Of a DNA stretch of 64,000 nucleotides, positions 46,460 through 62,899 are shown in pieces; the first letter of the stretch is position 1; every line of letters starts with the position of its first letter. Made by a program: the position numbers and the translations under genes. Origin of the DNA: Selaginella moellendorffii (lineage: Eukaryota > Plantae > Lycopodiophyta). Below the pieces are notes generated by a model. The model did no database searches and was not told the DNA's origin. It was given only the letters and a program-made list of their open reading frames with translations. The DNA lies in contig NW_003314311.1 in assembly GCF_000143415.4 (NCBI RefSeq), positions 1,248,769 through 1,312,768 of the forward strand. Reading direction: 5' to 3'.

Positions 46460-47888
46460 ATGTATGGGGACAATGCGGCTATGGATTTTGGGGGCGGGGG
46501 GTTCATGCCCTCGCAGCCCAGCGGCTTCGCTACTGGAGGCGGCGATCCATCCGTGAAGGTATGATTTAGAGCGTCTTGTTCTGGCGATCTTTGCGATGGA
46601 TTGATCGGTTTTTCGTCCGTTATAAAGAAATCTGGGGCTCCAAGCAGCGGTCTCTTTCCGCTTACTGTGAAGCAGATGAGCCGGGCGATTCAATCGTCTA
46701 CTGATGATAATCTTATTGTGGACGGCCAGTCTATGAGCAATGTAAGAAAGAGCTATTTTTTTAATTTTTTTTCTCTTCTTGTTCTGCTGATAGAATTCAC
46801 GCAGGTCACGATGGTGGGGATGTTGCTCGGGAAAGAGGAAAGGGCGACGGATATTTCCTTCATGCTTGACGATGGAACTGGCAGAGTCGAAGTGAAAAGA
46901 TGGTACTAGCAAAAGCTCTTTTTTCTTTTTTTTTTCTTTTCTGATAGTGTTCGTTTTTCTTCTTTGTTTCAGGATCGAGTCACCGGATGCTCCCGAGGCT
47001 TTGCAGCTACACAGCATTCAGTAAGTACTTGGAAAATGGAGAGAAAAATGAATTGGACGCTTATTTTTGTTATGGTTCTCGCTGCTTTCTTATTTCCCAA
47101 CTTCAGGCACGGACAGTATGTACGAATTCACGGACACCTTCGGACGTTCCAGAACAAGAGAACAGTTGTCGCTTTTGCAGTGAAGTAATCTCACTCGATT
47201 CTCTGCTCTTGGAACTCCATAGCTAACTTCGTTTTGCAGGCCTATCACAGACTTCAACGAGATCACGTTCCACTTCCTGGACTGCATCTTTGCACATACC
47301 TACAACACGAAATCACAGGTAGCAAGTACTCTTAGCATTGTTTTGTAGAGAGTTTTAAAGTTTCAGCTTCTAGGGGGCGGCAAGGCCTGACGGTCCCGCG
47401 TCTCCTCCCACTTTCAATCACACAAACTATTCCAATCCCGTATCCAATCCGGTAAGTGCATTGTAAAATCCATGTAACGGGGAAGTAACGCACCGTTCTT
47501 TTTTTATTCCTTGGCAGTATGCTACTCCAGCGGCTCCTGCGAATTCCAATGGGATGAGTGAATGCCAACGCCGGGTACAGGCGGTTTTTGAGGAGCCATC
47601 TGTTAAGTCCGTAGCTTTCGCATTTCGAAGCTTGCGATGATGTTAAATACTCCGGTGCTTGTTTTATTTCTTGGCAGGGAAAGTGAGCAGGGCCTTCACG
47701 TTGATGAGATTGCGAGACGCATTACTGGTTTCTCCAAGAAGCAAGTCAGGTGATATTACGTTTTCATCGGTGAAGGCTCCTGATAATATTTTAACACTCG
47801 CAGAGATGCGGTGGAGTTTCTGGTGAACGAAGGTTACGTTTATTCCACTGTCGACGACGAGCATTTCAAGTCCACCAACACTTACTAA
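46460..47888 (+). CDS. RPA2: Replication protein A 32-kDa subunit (multi-exon)
   Basis: [54 protein letters not shown] and winged-helix end [19 protein letters not shown]. Confidence 0.93.
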
Positions 47889-48304
47889 TGTCCGATGGAT
47901 CCGCTCAGTAAAAAAAAGTAAGAGAGGTACTTGCGAAGTTTGCGGAAGTGTAGCCAAAGGTACTTATAGTTCTATATTTCTCCCAAGGAAACCTGTCACA
48001 ACTTTTTTCAAAGACAGGAACCACGATGAAAGTATAGAGAAACTTTGTTTTTATCGTACGCAACGAGTCTATAACTTAGCTTTCGAGTTAGATAATCCAA
48101 GTTGCACGATGCGGCCGTGATCACCGGGAACTTAGACACTAGATACTCACAAAACCGCGACTCCAACTAGCTTGGATCGATCATTCTCGCCTTCTCCAAG
48201 CTTGCGATAGGTTTCTCCTGCCATAAAACTATCAGAATGGAAGCATAACTTTCTTTTCTTACTTGGTCGTCGTGTTTGTTCTTGTGCCCAAGCTCGTCGT
48301 TAAT

Positions 48305-48378
48305 GGCCGCGTAGCGCAGTGGATGAGCGCGTCAGACTTCGGATCTGAAGGTCGTGGGTTCGAATCCCACTGTGGTCG
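48305..48378 (+). tRNA. tRNA-Arg (anticodon UCG)
   Basis: GGCCGCG/TGTGGTC acceptor stem, TAGCGCAGTGG A box, TCAGA-CTTCGGA-TCTGA anticodon arm, GGTTCGAATCC B box. Confidence 0.93.
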
Positions 48379-48421
48379 CTGGAAGTCCACATTCACACAC
48401 TAAAGCTTACACATATATTTT

Positions 48422-52979
<4,558 letters not shown>

Positions 52980-53108
52980 AACAAAAGGAACAAGATTTGC
53001 AAAAGCATGCCCACCTCAATGTGTGGATATTCATTCACGTTGCGAACAGGCATGGACGAGGAATGGCGAACGCCAACCGACCGTCCACGTGGCCCTATAA
53101 CCGATGGT

Positions 53109-56100
53109 TTAGAACGACAAAAGCTCGTGCAAGAACTTGTTCACGTCCCCGTTTTTACAGTCGAAAGCTACCAGCTGGTCTACAAGTTCCTGCATCGCCA
53201 CAACAAGAATTAGGAACTTCTAAGGAAAAATGATCACCTGATATTCCCGATCCCTGGCAACAATTTTTGGAACTTGAAGACGATGGATAGATTTGCCCAT
53301 CTTCATGGACTCCAGTATCTCTGCTGCTCTGTTGATTATTTCATGAGGGACACCTGGTGCAAAACCTTTTAGAAAAGTCGTGGTAAAAGCTACAGCCACG
53401 TACCAGCAAGTTCAGCACAGTGAAGGCCTGAGTTAAAAAACAAATGTAAGCATGGATGAAAAAGAAAACCTATATTACCGTAGCTAGGGGCCTGGTATCC
53501 CGGGACAAGTCTGCAGCTGAATATTTCAAAATTTGAATCAAAGAGATAGGCTGATTACCTGTAAAGAAAGACGATATCTGCCAGTCGGTTGGGGTCGCCA
53601 TTGTTGCCTGTCGGTTCTAGGATGCTCATCGTATAGAAAGCTATCCTTGGCGACTGCAAAAAGATGTTTACAACACGCTAAGTAGAAAAGCGTTTCACCT
53701 TGGGCAGAAAACATCCTTCCGACAATTCACTGAAATGTGTACATGCCAGAATCTAAAATGACAATTGTCAGGAAAGCAGAGGAAAACAAAACGGGATGAA
53801 GACCTTCGGCGAGGATTCAGAACCAGCAAAGTGGTGAAGTGTTGAGCATAGAAGACCAATGCCATCTACAAAAACAAATCCCATGTGTAGTTTATTGTTT
53901 CCTCTTTTTTTTTTTTTTGTTCGCGTTAATCGCATAATACCTGCAGACATTGTGCCACTGCCAAACTCGTCAATTAAGCATAGCGACTTTGAAGTTGCAT
54001 ATCTGAAAACGTTGTTTATCACCCCGCAACACATAAAAATGAATGCTTACCTTAGCATTACTGATATTTGATGGAGGTCAGTCATAAAAGTTGACTGAGG
54101 AACCTTGGTAGATTGCTTGCATGGCAACCGAGTAAAGATTCTGTCTGTAGTGCCGATCACTGCCTCATCTGCCGGCACAAAGCTCCCGATGTGTGAAAGG
54201 AAGACAATAAGCGCAACCTGCGGGACTTAACAGTCAGATTAGAAAAAAATACATAAGTGACTGCTCTAACTTACTTGCTTGATGTAGACGCTTTTCCCGG
54301 AGTAATTTGGACCAGTTACAACAGAAATTCGCCCTGTAGACAAAGAAATCAGCATCAAACAGACACATATTATCTAACCTTTCTCTTCAATTTGCGTGTT
54401 GTTTGGAACAAACGTATCGACTGTCAGTTCTTGTAAAGGATGCCTGACAATTTTTTCCAAGTTTTAGAGAGCAGATCCCTGTTTTGTACCTTCCGTTCTT
54501 TATTATCAGTATGTCATCTTCAACGAGTCGAGGTCTGTTGTAGTTATACTCGCCTGCGCTTATTGCCATTGATACGAGACTGCATTAAGGTAGAAATAAA
54601 ATAAAAAGATAAATGATTTGCTAGAAAAGAACTCAAGCTACCAATCCAGCTGCGCAGTCAAGTCCGCTGAATATCTAACTGCGGGTTCGTACTTTTGCAC
54701 TTTAGACTCCAGCTCCTTCAAAATGGCGCGTTCCATATCTGAAAGATTCAGAAAATAACCGTGAACGTCATAAAAGCCAAAGTGATTACCCAGAATTTTG
54801 TAGTAAATATCTCCCAGCACCTCGTCTAGTTCCCTGGTTTTGGTTGTGTGATAGAAAAATTCTTCGTCGTTGCCACACCCACTTTTGAACTGAGAGTCGT
54901 TTGCCTAAAGTCAGTTCAAACAACCTCTAGCGCGCTTACAGCGAGTTGGAAGTCTGGAGCTATCTCTAGCACTTCTGGCTTAAGCTCGCCAGGAAAACAC
55001 ATCAAGTACCCTGTTTTACCAACCAGCAGCTGTAGAAAGAAACTAAAAAGCTGACTGACCAACTTGTGGAATATAGACTATGGAGCCTTGTCTCTGACGT
55101 GGTAACTTTTTAATCTCCGATGATGCAATCTGAGAAAAAAGGAATCAGATTCAGCAAGTAGCTTGCAGCTATTGCCATACCTCGTCCAGGAATTGTGGAA
55201 GACCGTCGTAGATTGCTTTCAACTCATCTAGCTACGAAGAAAAGAAAAGTAAACGAGGGGCTCCCACAGAAGAAACAGCTTACTTCTTGACATATACCAC
55301 GCGCGACAAATGTATCACAGGCCTCGCCACAGGTTTGATCAAAATCAAGAACTCCCTTGACCTTGAAGTCGATGTGTCAAAAACTATCAAAATTTAGTGA
55401 CCTTACCAGGTCGCTAACATAAGCAAAATCTTCCGTAACGGTTGAAAACACCTGCAATGCATTCAAACCGTCAATGTAGGCAATCAAATTATCTACGGCA
55501 AACCTTTTGAAATATCTCCAGGTTGGAGATTTGCACTCTGTCTTGCCGGCTTGAAAGAAAAGCTGCTAGAGTTTGCCTGATTTCAATAAGTGCATTGATG
55601 CTCTGAGAGACGGATTCGTTAACAAATAATCAAAAGTGCCACACTGATTCACAAACTTTTAGAAACGTCGACCAGTCCGTACGACTTGAAAGGAAGCTCG
55701 GTGATGCAAACTTCTGAAACAAAGGCATGAGGCAGGAACAGGATGCAGCCTCTTACTTGCAGCAACCGCGGAATACTTTTCACTTGCTTCATTGTGTTTT
55801 GCAGCAACTGAGTTAGATCATGTGATGACTTCAGGACCGATATCTTTTTCTCCGTCAATGACTCGAGAAAGCGAAGACCTACAAAGGATACAGTATCCAA
55901 ACGGTCGTTCAATGCAGCCCAGTCCAGTATAGGTCGGGAAAACCACGTCCTGCCAATATTTGTATGGATAACTTATAGACTAGAATCTTGGAAGTACCTC
56001 AGTAGCCGTCTTCCCATTAACGTTACACACTGAAATCCAGGAGTCAGTGCCTGTTGTAAAGAACTGCAAAGTACCTTATTCATCATACCGAAGACGGAAA

Positions 56101-57220
56101 ACCTGATAAACTTTATTATGTTAGACTATGAACGTTCCTCTCGCCATGTCTACCCTTCTTTTGGTTTGCCGATTCCCATGTGGCTGGGATGCTTGTCGAC
56201 TTGAAAAATTTGTAGTGCATCGTAAGTCGTCGCGTCGAGATTCAAAAATCCATTCCTAGAACAATAAAATATAAGGCATTGGAAAATGAACCGAAAGAGG
56301 ATACAGGGACAGCTCCGACACGTTGAATATGCGCAATCTCGAAACGCCATCCTCGGCATCTGACGATTCAGGCATCAGCTCCTGCTGTAGTATCGCTATG
56401 AGCGCACCAGCAGCACGAACTTGCATCTCACTCTCGAGATTCATCAAAGTGTTCAGCTGCATTGGCATAGAGGTCTCGTCATCACAGATTTAAAAAAGAC
56501 TTGAGACACTCACATAATGGATTCTCTCCTTTTGCGGCAAATCACGATGCATTCCACGCAGCTGGAGCTGCATTAGCCTGTACACATGTCAGCAGGCTAA
56601 AATCGAATTGCTTATCATCCATCCTAACCTGTGCCAAGCTTGCTCGTAACTGAAGTAAGAACTCTTCACAAGCTTTACCTCCGCACCTTGTGTCTCCTCG
56701 TCAACTGCAAATCACGAAAACAAAGTCATGGAATGCAAAAGAGAAAGAGAAACAAACACGATAAGAAGCCACCTTGCTTTCGAAGAGAGCCGATAAAAGA
56801 CTCTTCCATTTTTGTGCTGGTATAGATGATCGCCGGCTGTGCTTGGAACTTAACTGCGTCAAGCATAAAACCCAAATCGCGGAGCTCTCTACAAAAGTCG
56901 CTAAACATCATACCGAGCTGGACGCAAGGATAGTCGGCATTTTCCTCTTCCCAGGCATCCATCACATACAAAGTGGCTGAATCGAGCTCGTAGTACGCGG
57001 CGCCAAGCCTGAGAGGGGAATCAAAACAAAGATCGAAGAGGAAAGAGAAATCCACACCGGCTGCCTTGTAGAATGCACGCCATGTACACCTGCGCCTTTC
57101 GCAAGAATCGAGCGCGTCAGTGGGCGCCGGGACGTGATCTATCGATCGAGAAAGAATGTAGGCTACCTGATCCTCCTCTTGCTCCTCCGCCGCCTCGCCC
57201 TCGCCCCCCTCGGGCTCCAT
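53109..57220 (-). CDS. MSH5: MutS homologue 5 (meiotic crossover; multi-exon)
   Basis: VYMACIL, LQIFQVDKHPSHMGIGKPKEGFSVFG, WFSRPI, TGPNYSGKSVYIKQ, HIGSFVPA, STFMTDLHQ and LIDEFGSGT. Confidence 0.93.
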
Positions 57221-57289
57221 CGCTGGGAAGAAAATAGAAACCTAGGTTTAAACCCCTTCCCTCGCATTGTCGATTTTAAACTTCATAGA

Positions 57290-57760
57290 CGTCGTGATCA
57301 ACCTCAACTTTGCGAAGTTCTCCAAATGGCTATGGTATCCCTTCGATTTTCGCGATTCCACGGCGGCCGTGACTACTACTCTTGGAGTCTCTCCAGTGGC
57401 TCACAGATCGAGAACACCCTCTTCACGATCGCTTCGTATCGCAGTTTCTTCTCCAAGTAATCGCGGGGCGACGAATTTTGATGCTTCGCTACCACCACCG
57501 CGTTCTTTGCAGCGATGAAGATCTTGACATACTCCCGCAGCGGCTCGGCTTCCTCGATCACCTCCTCGCTCCTCAGATACGTCAAGCACTGACTGACGAT
57601 CCACCATCGCCGCAAACTCCTTGCCCATTGCCTGCTGCTCGCCATGGGCTGGAGAAGGCATGGCGAATATAGTCCAGCTTCTTCTACGCTCATCCTCGCA
57701 GAGATCCAGGCGGCTTCTTTTGCTGAACTTTTTGAAGAGAAAGATGGTGTGATCCAAAAT
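57290..57760 (-). pseudogene. Truncated, deleted paralogue of the 60119-60973 ORF
   Basis: GEQQAMG, QCLTYLRSEEVIEEAEPLREYVKIFIAAKN..HQNSSPRDYL are shared with 60119-60973. Internal deletions and frameshifts; 5' end missing. Confidence 0.88.
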
Positions 57761-58209
57761 CTCGCCTACTCTACTTTAAGGACTGTGTCTGTGAGAGCAT
57801 GGCTAGACAATTCCACTCTTACTTTGCCAAGTTGAAGATTAAACCTTTTAAAAAATATCTATAAAAAAATTTCCTTATAATAAAAACAAAGGAAGCATAA
57901 ATAGCAAAAAACCACTACAACATTATTATAAAATAAATTTTATAAAAATTAGATCTATACGACAATTTATTCTTATAAAAAAGTCTTATAATAATTTTTC
58001 AGCTGTAATAATTTAATTAATGGTATTTGATAACTAACCATCAGGAAGAAATGAAATAAAGATGAGTGAAAAACAAAATGATAGAAATAGAATTAGCCAC
58101 TAATAGAATCATCCCTTTTGTTTTTCCTCTAATTGGATTTGATCCTGCAAAGATTAAAGCATTTTTAATCAGCCATTTTTCACTGTACTTATATAATACC
58201 CCTTTTCTT

Positions 58210-59709
58210 TTATACTAGTCTCATGGCCTGGAATAATCTGTTCATGCATTTCCAGTCAACTGCTTCCGGCTCAAATGGCATGTTGTAAAACAAATCCCTT
58301 GCAGCCTCTATGTAGTTGGCTCTCATGAGAAGATCTAGCACACAGCAGTAAACTTCCCTCGTTGGAGCAATACCAAAGTCACAAACCATGCACTGCAAGT
58401 ATTTCCAAGCAGTGTAGACATCGCCGCCATGGTTGCATCCAACCAAGATGGAAAGGAGCGTCGCAGTCTCAGGCTCGACTCCCTCCACCACCATCGTGTG
58501 TACCAATCTCAAAACCTCGCTAATAAACCCAACCTTCGCATTGCCCGCCACCATTATATTCCACGACACAGAGCTGAGCTTTGGAGCTCTAAGAAACACG
58601 GCCTGGGCATATTCGAGGCATCCATTACCAACATAGGCAGCCAGAAGAGTATTCCATAGCGCCTGGTCTTTATACGTGAACCTATGAAACAAAGACACGG
58701 CTTTGTCAAGATTCCCGGACTGGGAATATGCCGAGAGCATGACAGTACAGGAGACAAGGTTTGAAGGCAGTATTTCATATACTCTAATGGCATCTTCAAG
58801 ATGCCCATTTCGGGTATATGCCAGAAGCATGTTATTCCAAGTGACGGAATCCCAGTACGGCATGGAGCTGACAAGTACAGTAGATTCCTCTACAGCGCCA
58901 TGCATTTCATACAGAAGCAACATTGTGTTACAAGCCACTGTATCGTGCATTTTCATGCCAGAAAACAAGGTTTTCGCTTGATCGAGATACCCGATTTGGG
59001 TATAAGTTTTCAAAAGAACATTCCACGAGAACATATCTCTGGCGGGCATAGAATCAAAGAAGCTCTTTGCATCGCAAGCTTTTGACGTTCTCGCAAATGT
59101 ATTTAGAATGGTGTTGTATGACACCAGCGTCCACTCGCGCATCGAATCAAACAAATCTTTTGCCTGATCGTAGCTTTCATTCGCTGCCATTAGAGTGTTG
59201 CAGCAAACCACGTCCCACTCCGGCATGTCATCAAACAAAACATTCGCATTATCAAAACACTTCGCATTTACAAATGCCGCAAGCATCGCCGTATATGAGA
59301 AGATATCCCACGCAGGCATCCCACAAAAGATTCGCTCGGATTCCTGCAAATGCCCAAGCCGGGCATATGCGCCAAGAAGACAATTCCACGCAACTAGACT
59401 CGGATCCGGCATTAGATCAAACGTTTTCTTAGCTTGGACGAGAAAACCATTCCTTCCGTACGCGGAGATCATGAGAACCCACGAGTGGGAGTCTTTGGGA
59501 GAAATATCCGCAAAGATCTTCTCGGCACTCTCGACGCTCCCACACCTGCCGTACATCTCCACGAGGAGATTCGAGAGATAGAGCCGCGAGTTCAGCACTA
59601 GAGACTGCCGCGAGAAGACCCACTCGTGAATCACTCGAGCCCGGCTCTCGCTGCGGCAAGACCGGATGAGCTCGACGCAATCCTTGAGCGTCTCAGCAGC
59701 GGTAACCAT
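58210..59709 (-). CDS. PLS-class PPR protein (499 aa, rich in short repeats, truncated E, no DYW)
   Basis: NLLVEMYGRCGSVESA, repeated FD.MP..D..SWN units, and CCVLDLL...NMPFEPEAVDW. Confidence 0.88.
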   Translation of the reverse strand: MVTAAETLKDCVELIRSCRSESRARVIHEWVFSRQSLVLNSRLYLSNLLVEMYGRCGSVESAEKIFADISPKDSHSWVLMISAYGRNGFLVQAKKTFDLMPDPSLVAWNCLLGAYARLGHLQESERIFCGMPAWDIFSYTAMLAAFVNAKCFDNANVLFDDMPEWDVVCCNTLMAANESYDQAKDLFDSMREWTLVSYNTILNTFARTSKACDAKSFFDSMPARDMFSWNVLLKTYTQIGYLDQAKTLFSGMKMHDTVACNTMLLLYEMHGAVEESTVLVSSMPYWDSVTWNNMLLAYTRNGHLEDAIRVYEILPSNLVSCTVMLSAYSQSGNLDKAVSLFHRFTYKDQALWNTLLAAYVGNGCLEYAQAVFLRAPKLSSVSWNIMVAGNAKVGFISEVLRLVHTMVVEGVEPETATLLSILVGCNHGGDVYTAWKYLQCMVCDFGIAPTREVYCCVLDLLMRANYIEAARDLFYNMPFEPEAVDWKCMNRLFQAMRLV

Positions 59710-60118
59710 TCGATGGAAAAGTTAATATCACGTAGATCCCATCCAGCAGTCTTGATCGACACAGATTGTGGCATCTCGTTTGTTTTTCTCTCGAACGAGC
59801 ACCTGCAAAAACGCAAGGAGTCATTGAGTTAATATCACATACCAATCGTGATCGACACAGAAACACGTTCGAACGACAAAAAGGAAAGGAGTCGAGTTAG
59901 ATGTAGTAGAAAAATTTATGTCACATACTGAGGCAGTAGCTCTTCCCATCCAGCAACCTTGATCACGAAAACAAAGCCATGAACAAAGAGAAACGAAATA
60001 TTGTCTCGGCGTATATAAATAACCATTGCTGAGATACGATTGTCTCTGATATTTTTATCTCTTGACCATCTACTTGTTTTCACATACCATCTTTGTTTGG
60101 GTTTCAGTGACGGCTCCG

Positions 60119-60973
60119 TCATCCTTGCATTAGAAAACCTTTTCTCTGCATTAAATTCTTTCGTTTCCTTCTCCTCCACTCCCGCGCTTCCACGCTCAAC
60201 TTCGCGAAGTTCCCCAAATGGCTGAGATATCCCTTCGATTTTGCGATTCCAAGCTCCCAGTGGCCGTGACTACTACTCTTGGAGTCACTCATCCTCTCCA
60301 GTAGCCTCTTCGCGATCGCTTCGTATCGCAGTTTCTTCGCCAAGTAATCGCGGGGCGACGAATTTTGATGCTCTTCTACCACCACCGAGTTCTTCGCAGC
60401 TATGAAAATCTTCACATACTCCCGCAGCGGCTCGGCATGCTTCCTCACCTCCTCGCTCCTCAGATACTCCGAGTATGTCAAGCACTGACGATCCACCAGA
60501 GATGATCCATCGCTCTTCTTCGCTGAAAACTCCTCGCCAATTGCCTGCTGCTCGCCTCCAAGCAAATGAAACACCGGCGAGCCAAGATCGCTCGAAAAGG
60601 CGAGACGAATATCGTCAAGCTTCTTGTCGAGATGTCTACGCTCGTTCTCGCGGAGATCCAAACGGCTTCTATTCGCATGGACGATTTGGAACCACGCGAA
60701 GAGCCTCCCAAAGAGAAAGATGGTGTTCTCGCATACGTACTCTTTGTGGCGAGGGAGACCTTTGACATAGTATTGCTCAAAGCCCCTGTGGATGAGACTG
60801 TGGATCCGCGAGGAGAGCTCCCTGGCCGCGATGGAGAGAGGGATTTGGAACTCCGCGGATACCCTGTGCCTCCTCAGGCGCTCACCATGAAGATAGCTCC
60901 ATAACTGGAAGCCCACGCTGATAAATCCCACCACCAGTGCCACTCCAGCCGCTACAGTGGCCGAGAGATCCAT
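60119..60973 (-). CDS. Intronless protein with N-terminal TM helix; resembles an uncharacterised bacterial family (284 aa)
   Basis: Open frame from ATG, hydrophobic residues 4-27, motifs PLSIAARELSSRI, YVCENTIFLFG, FHLLGGEQQAIGE and CLTYSEY. Two degraded paralogues in the window support it as a real gene family. Confidence 0.75.
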   Translation of the reverse strand: MDLSATVAAGVALVVGFISVGFQLWSYLHGERLRRHRVSAEFQIPLSIAARELSSRIHSLIHRGFEQYYVKGLPRHKEYVCENTIFLFGRLFAWFQIVHANRSRLDLRENERRHLDKKLDDIRLAFSSDLGSPVFHLLGGEQQAIGEEFSAKKSDGSSLVDRQCLTYSEYLRSEEVRKHAEPLREYVKIFIAAKNSVVVEEHQNSSPRDYLAKKLRYEAIAKRLLERMSDSKSSSHGHWELGIAKSKGYLSHLGNFAKLSVEAREWRRRKRKNLMQRKGFLMQG

Positions 60974-61197
60974 GAGAAGTCTTGAAGAGACTCAGCCTTC
61001 TTTCTCTTCTTTCGCTTTCGCCAACCATTGTTGACTTAGTCAAGAAAGGAAGTTGCTCTCGCTTCGGATGTCGGTGGCGACGTAGTCGGGGTTTTGACGA
61101 GCTCAGGACCAGACTGGGGTCTACAGTCGCAAGGCATATGGATGAGAGATTGGCACCCTTTTCCCAAAGAGAGTTCTAGTTATTCTTTTATACTGGC

Positions 61198-62270
61198 TTG
61201 TCTTTCCCTCGTTGGAACAATAACAAAGTCACAAACCATGCACTGCAAGTATTTCCAAGCGGTGTAGACATCGCCGCCATGGTTGCATCCAACCAAGATG
61301 GAAAGGAGCGTCATATTCTCAGGCTCGACTCCCTCCACCACCATCATGTGTACCAATCTCAAAACCTCGCCAACTTTCGCATTTTCCGCCACCATTATAT
61401 TCCACGAAACAGAGCTAAGCTTTGGAGCTCTAACAAGCACAGCCTGCGCATATTCGAGGCATCCATTGCCAACATACTAGAACCTGGCCTTTAGAACGAG
61501 AATCTACGAAACAAAGGCATGGCCTTCCGGACTGCGAATATGCCGAGAGCATGACAGTACAGTTTGTCATATACTCTAATGGCATCTTCAAGATGCCCTT
61601 TTTGGGTATATGCCAAAACCATGTTATTCCAAGTGACGGAATCCCAGCACGGCATGGAGCTGACAAGTACAGTAGATTCCTCTACAACGCCATGGATTAC
61701 ATACGAAAGCAGCATTGTGTTACAAGCCACTGAGTCGTGCACTTTCATGCCTGAAAACAAAGATTTTGCATGACCAAGATACCCACTTTGGGCGTAAGTT
61801 ATCAAAAGGACATTCCACGAGAACATATCTCTGGCAGGCATAGAATCTCTTTGCTCTTTGAAGCTCTTTGCATCACAAGCTTTTAATGTTCTCGATAATG
61901 TTTTTAGAATGGTGTTGTATGACACCAGTGCCCATTCGCGCAACGAATCAAACAAATCTTTTGCCTGATCGTAGCTTTCATTTGCTGCCATTAGAGTGTT
62001 GCAGCAAACCACGTCCCACTCCGGCATGTCATCAAACAAAACCTTCGCATTATCGAAACACTTCGCATTTACAAATGCGGCAAGCATCGCCGTATGTGAG
62101 AAGATATCCCACGCAGGCATTCCAAAAGATTCGCTCGGATTCTCGCAAATGCCCAAGCCGGGCATAACGCGCCGAGAAGGCAATTCCACGCAACTAGACT
62201 GGGATCCGGCATTAGGTCAAACGTTTTCTTAGCTTATTCCTTCCGTACGCGGAGATCATGAAAACCCACG
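61198..62270 (-). pseudogene. Pseudogenised copy of the PPR gene at 58210-59709
   Basis: Near-identical peptides (MPEWDVVCCNTLMAANESYDQAKDLFDS) with several frameshifts and deletions. Confidence 0.9.
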
Positions 62271-62335
62271 GCTCATTGGATTATAAAGTTCAAAGTTTGA
62301 AGCTAGGTTGATCCATAATACAGCATTCTACCCCC

Positions 62336-62722
62336 ATGGCATTCTGTTTGATCCATCTCGTCTTGGTGCTATTGGCCATCTTCCATGGTACAAGCGCCCT
62401 GTGTCCTCCTGATAATCATTTTGAAAACTCATGCCAAAATATCAAGTACAACGGCTGTCAGCTTGTTGCAACTTGTCCTGATAGGAATGGTTTGCGGAGG
62501 GTGAGCAGCCTGGATGTGAACACTTGCATCAGCAACAACGGAAGGTCCTTGAACTGTGGCCACGGTTTCCAAGCGACATGCATGAATGTGAGGTGCTACT
62601 ATGCTACTCCCAGGGCCTACATCAATGCTGAGTGTGCTAAACCCAACGGGGTATACATGTCCACCACAATAAACGTTGGCAATTGCATCAAGAACAACGA
62701 CGGTGTGCTTGCATGCTGCTAA
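62336..62722 (+). CDS. Secreted cyanovirin-N homologue (CVNH lectin), 128 aa
   Basis: Signal peptide plus two internal repeats of F..(S/T)C...L.A.C....G....S(S/T)(L/I)(D/N)V..CI.NN(D)G.L, the CVNH signature. TATAAA about 50 bp upstream. Confidence 0.9.
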   Translation: MAFCLIHLVLVLLAIFHGTSALCPPDNHFENSCQNIKYNGCQLVATCPDRNGLRRVSSLDVNTCISNNGRSLNCGHGFQATCMNVRCYYATPRAYINAECAKPNGVYMSTTINVGNCIKNNDGVLACC

Positions 62723-62899
62723 GCAAATATCTAGGTGCCATAAAATATGAGCAAATCCTAATAAAAATAGATTCATATGTTACAAGAATGATAACTGTGA
62801 TTGAGTATTGTCATAGTACTACCAGATACCATGTACCAGAAGCAGTATGATTGCATGTATGTAGTAACATGTTGTGCGACACTTAGTGAGGTTGAGAGC

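Noticed and set aside
60119-62722. Bacterial contamination as the source of the orphan ORF and CVNH
   Set aside because: Both are interleaved with plant PPR copies, contiguous with intron-rich MSH5, and the orphan has locally decayed paralogues.
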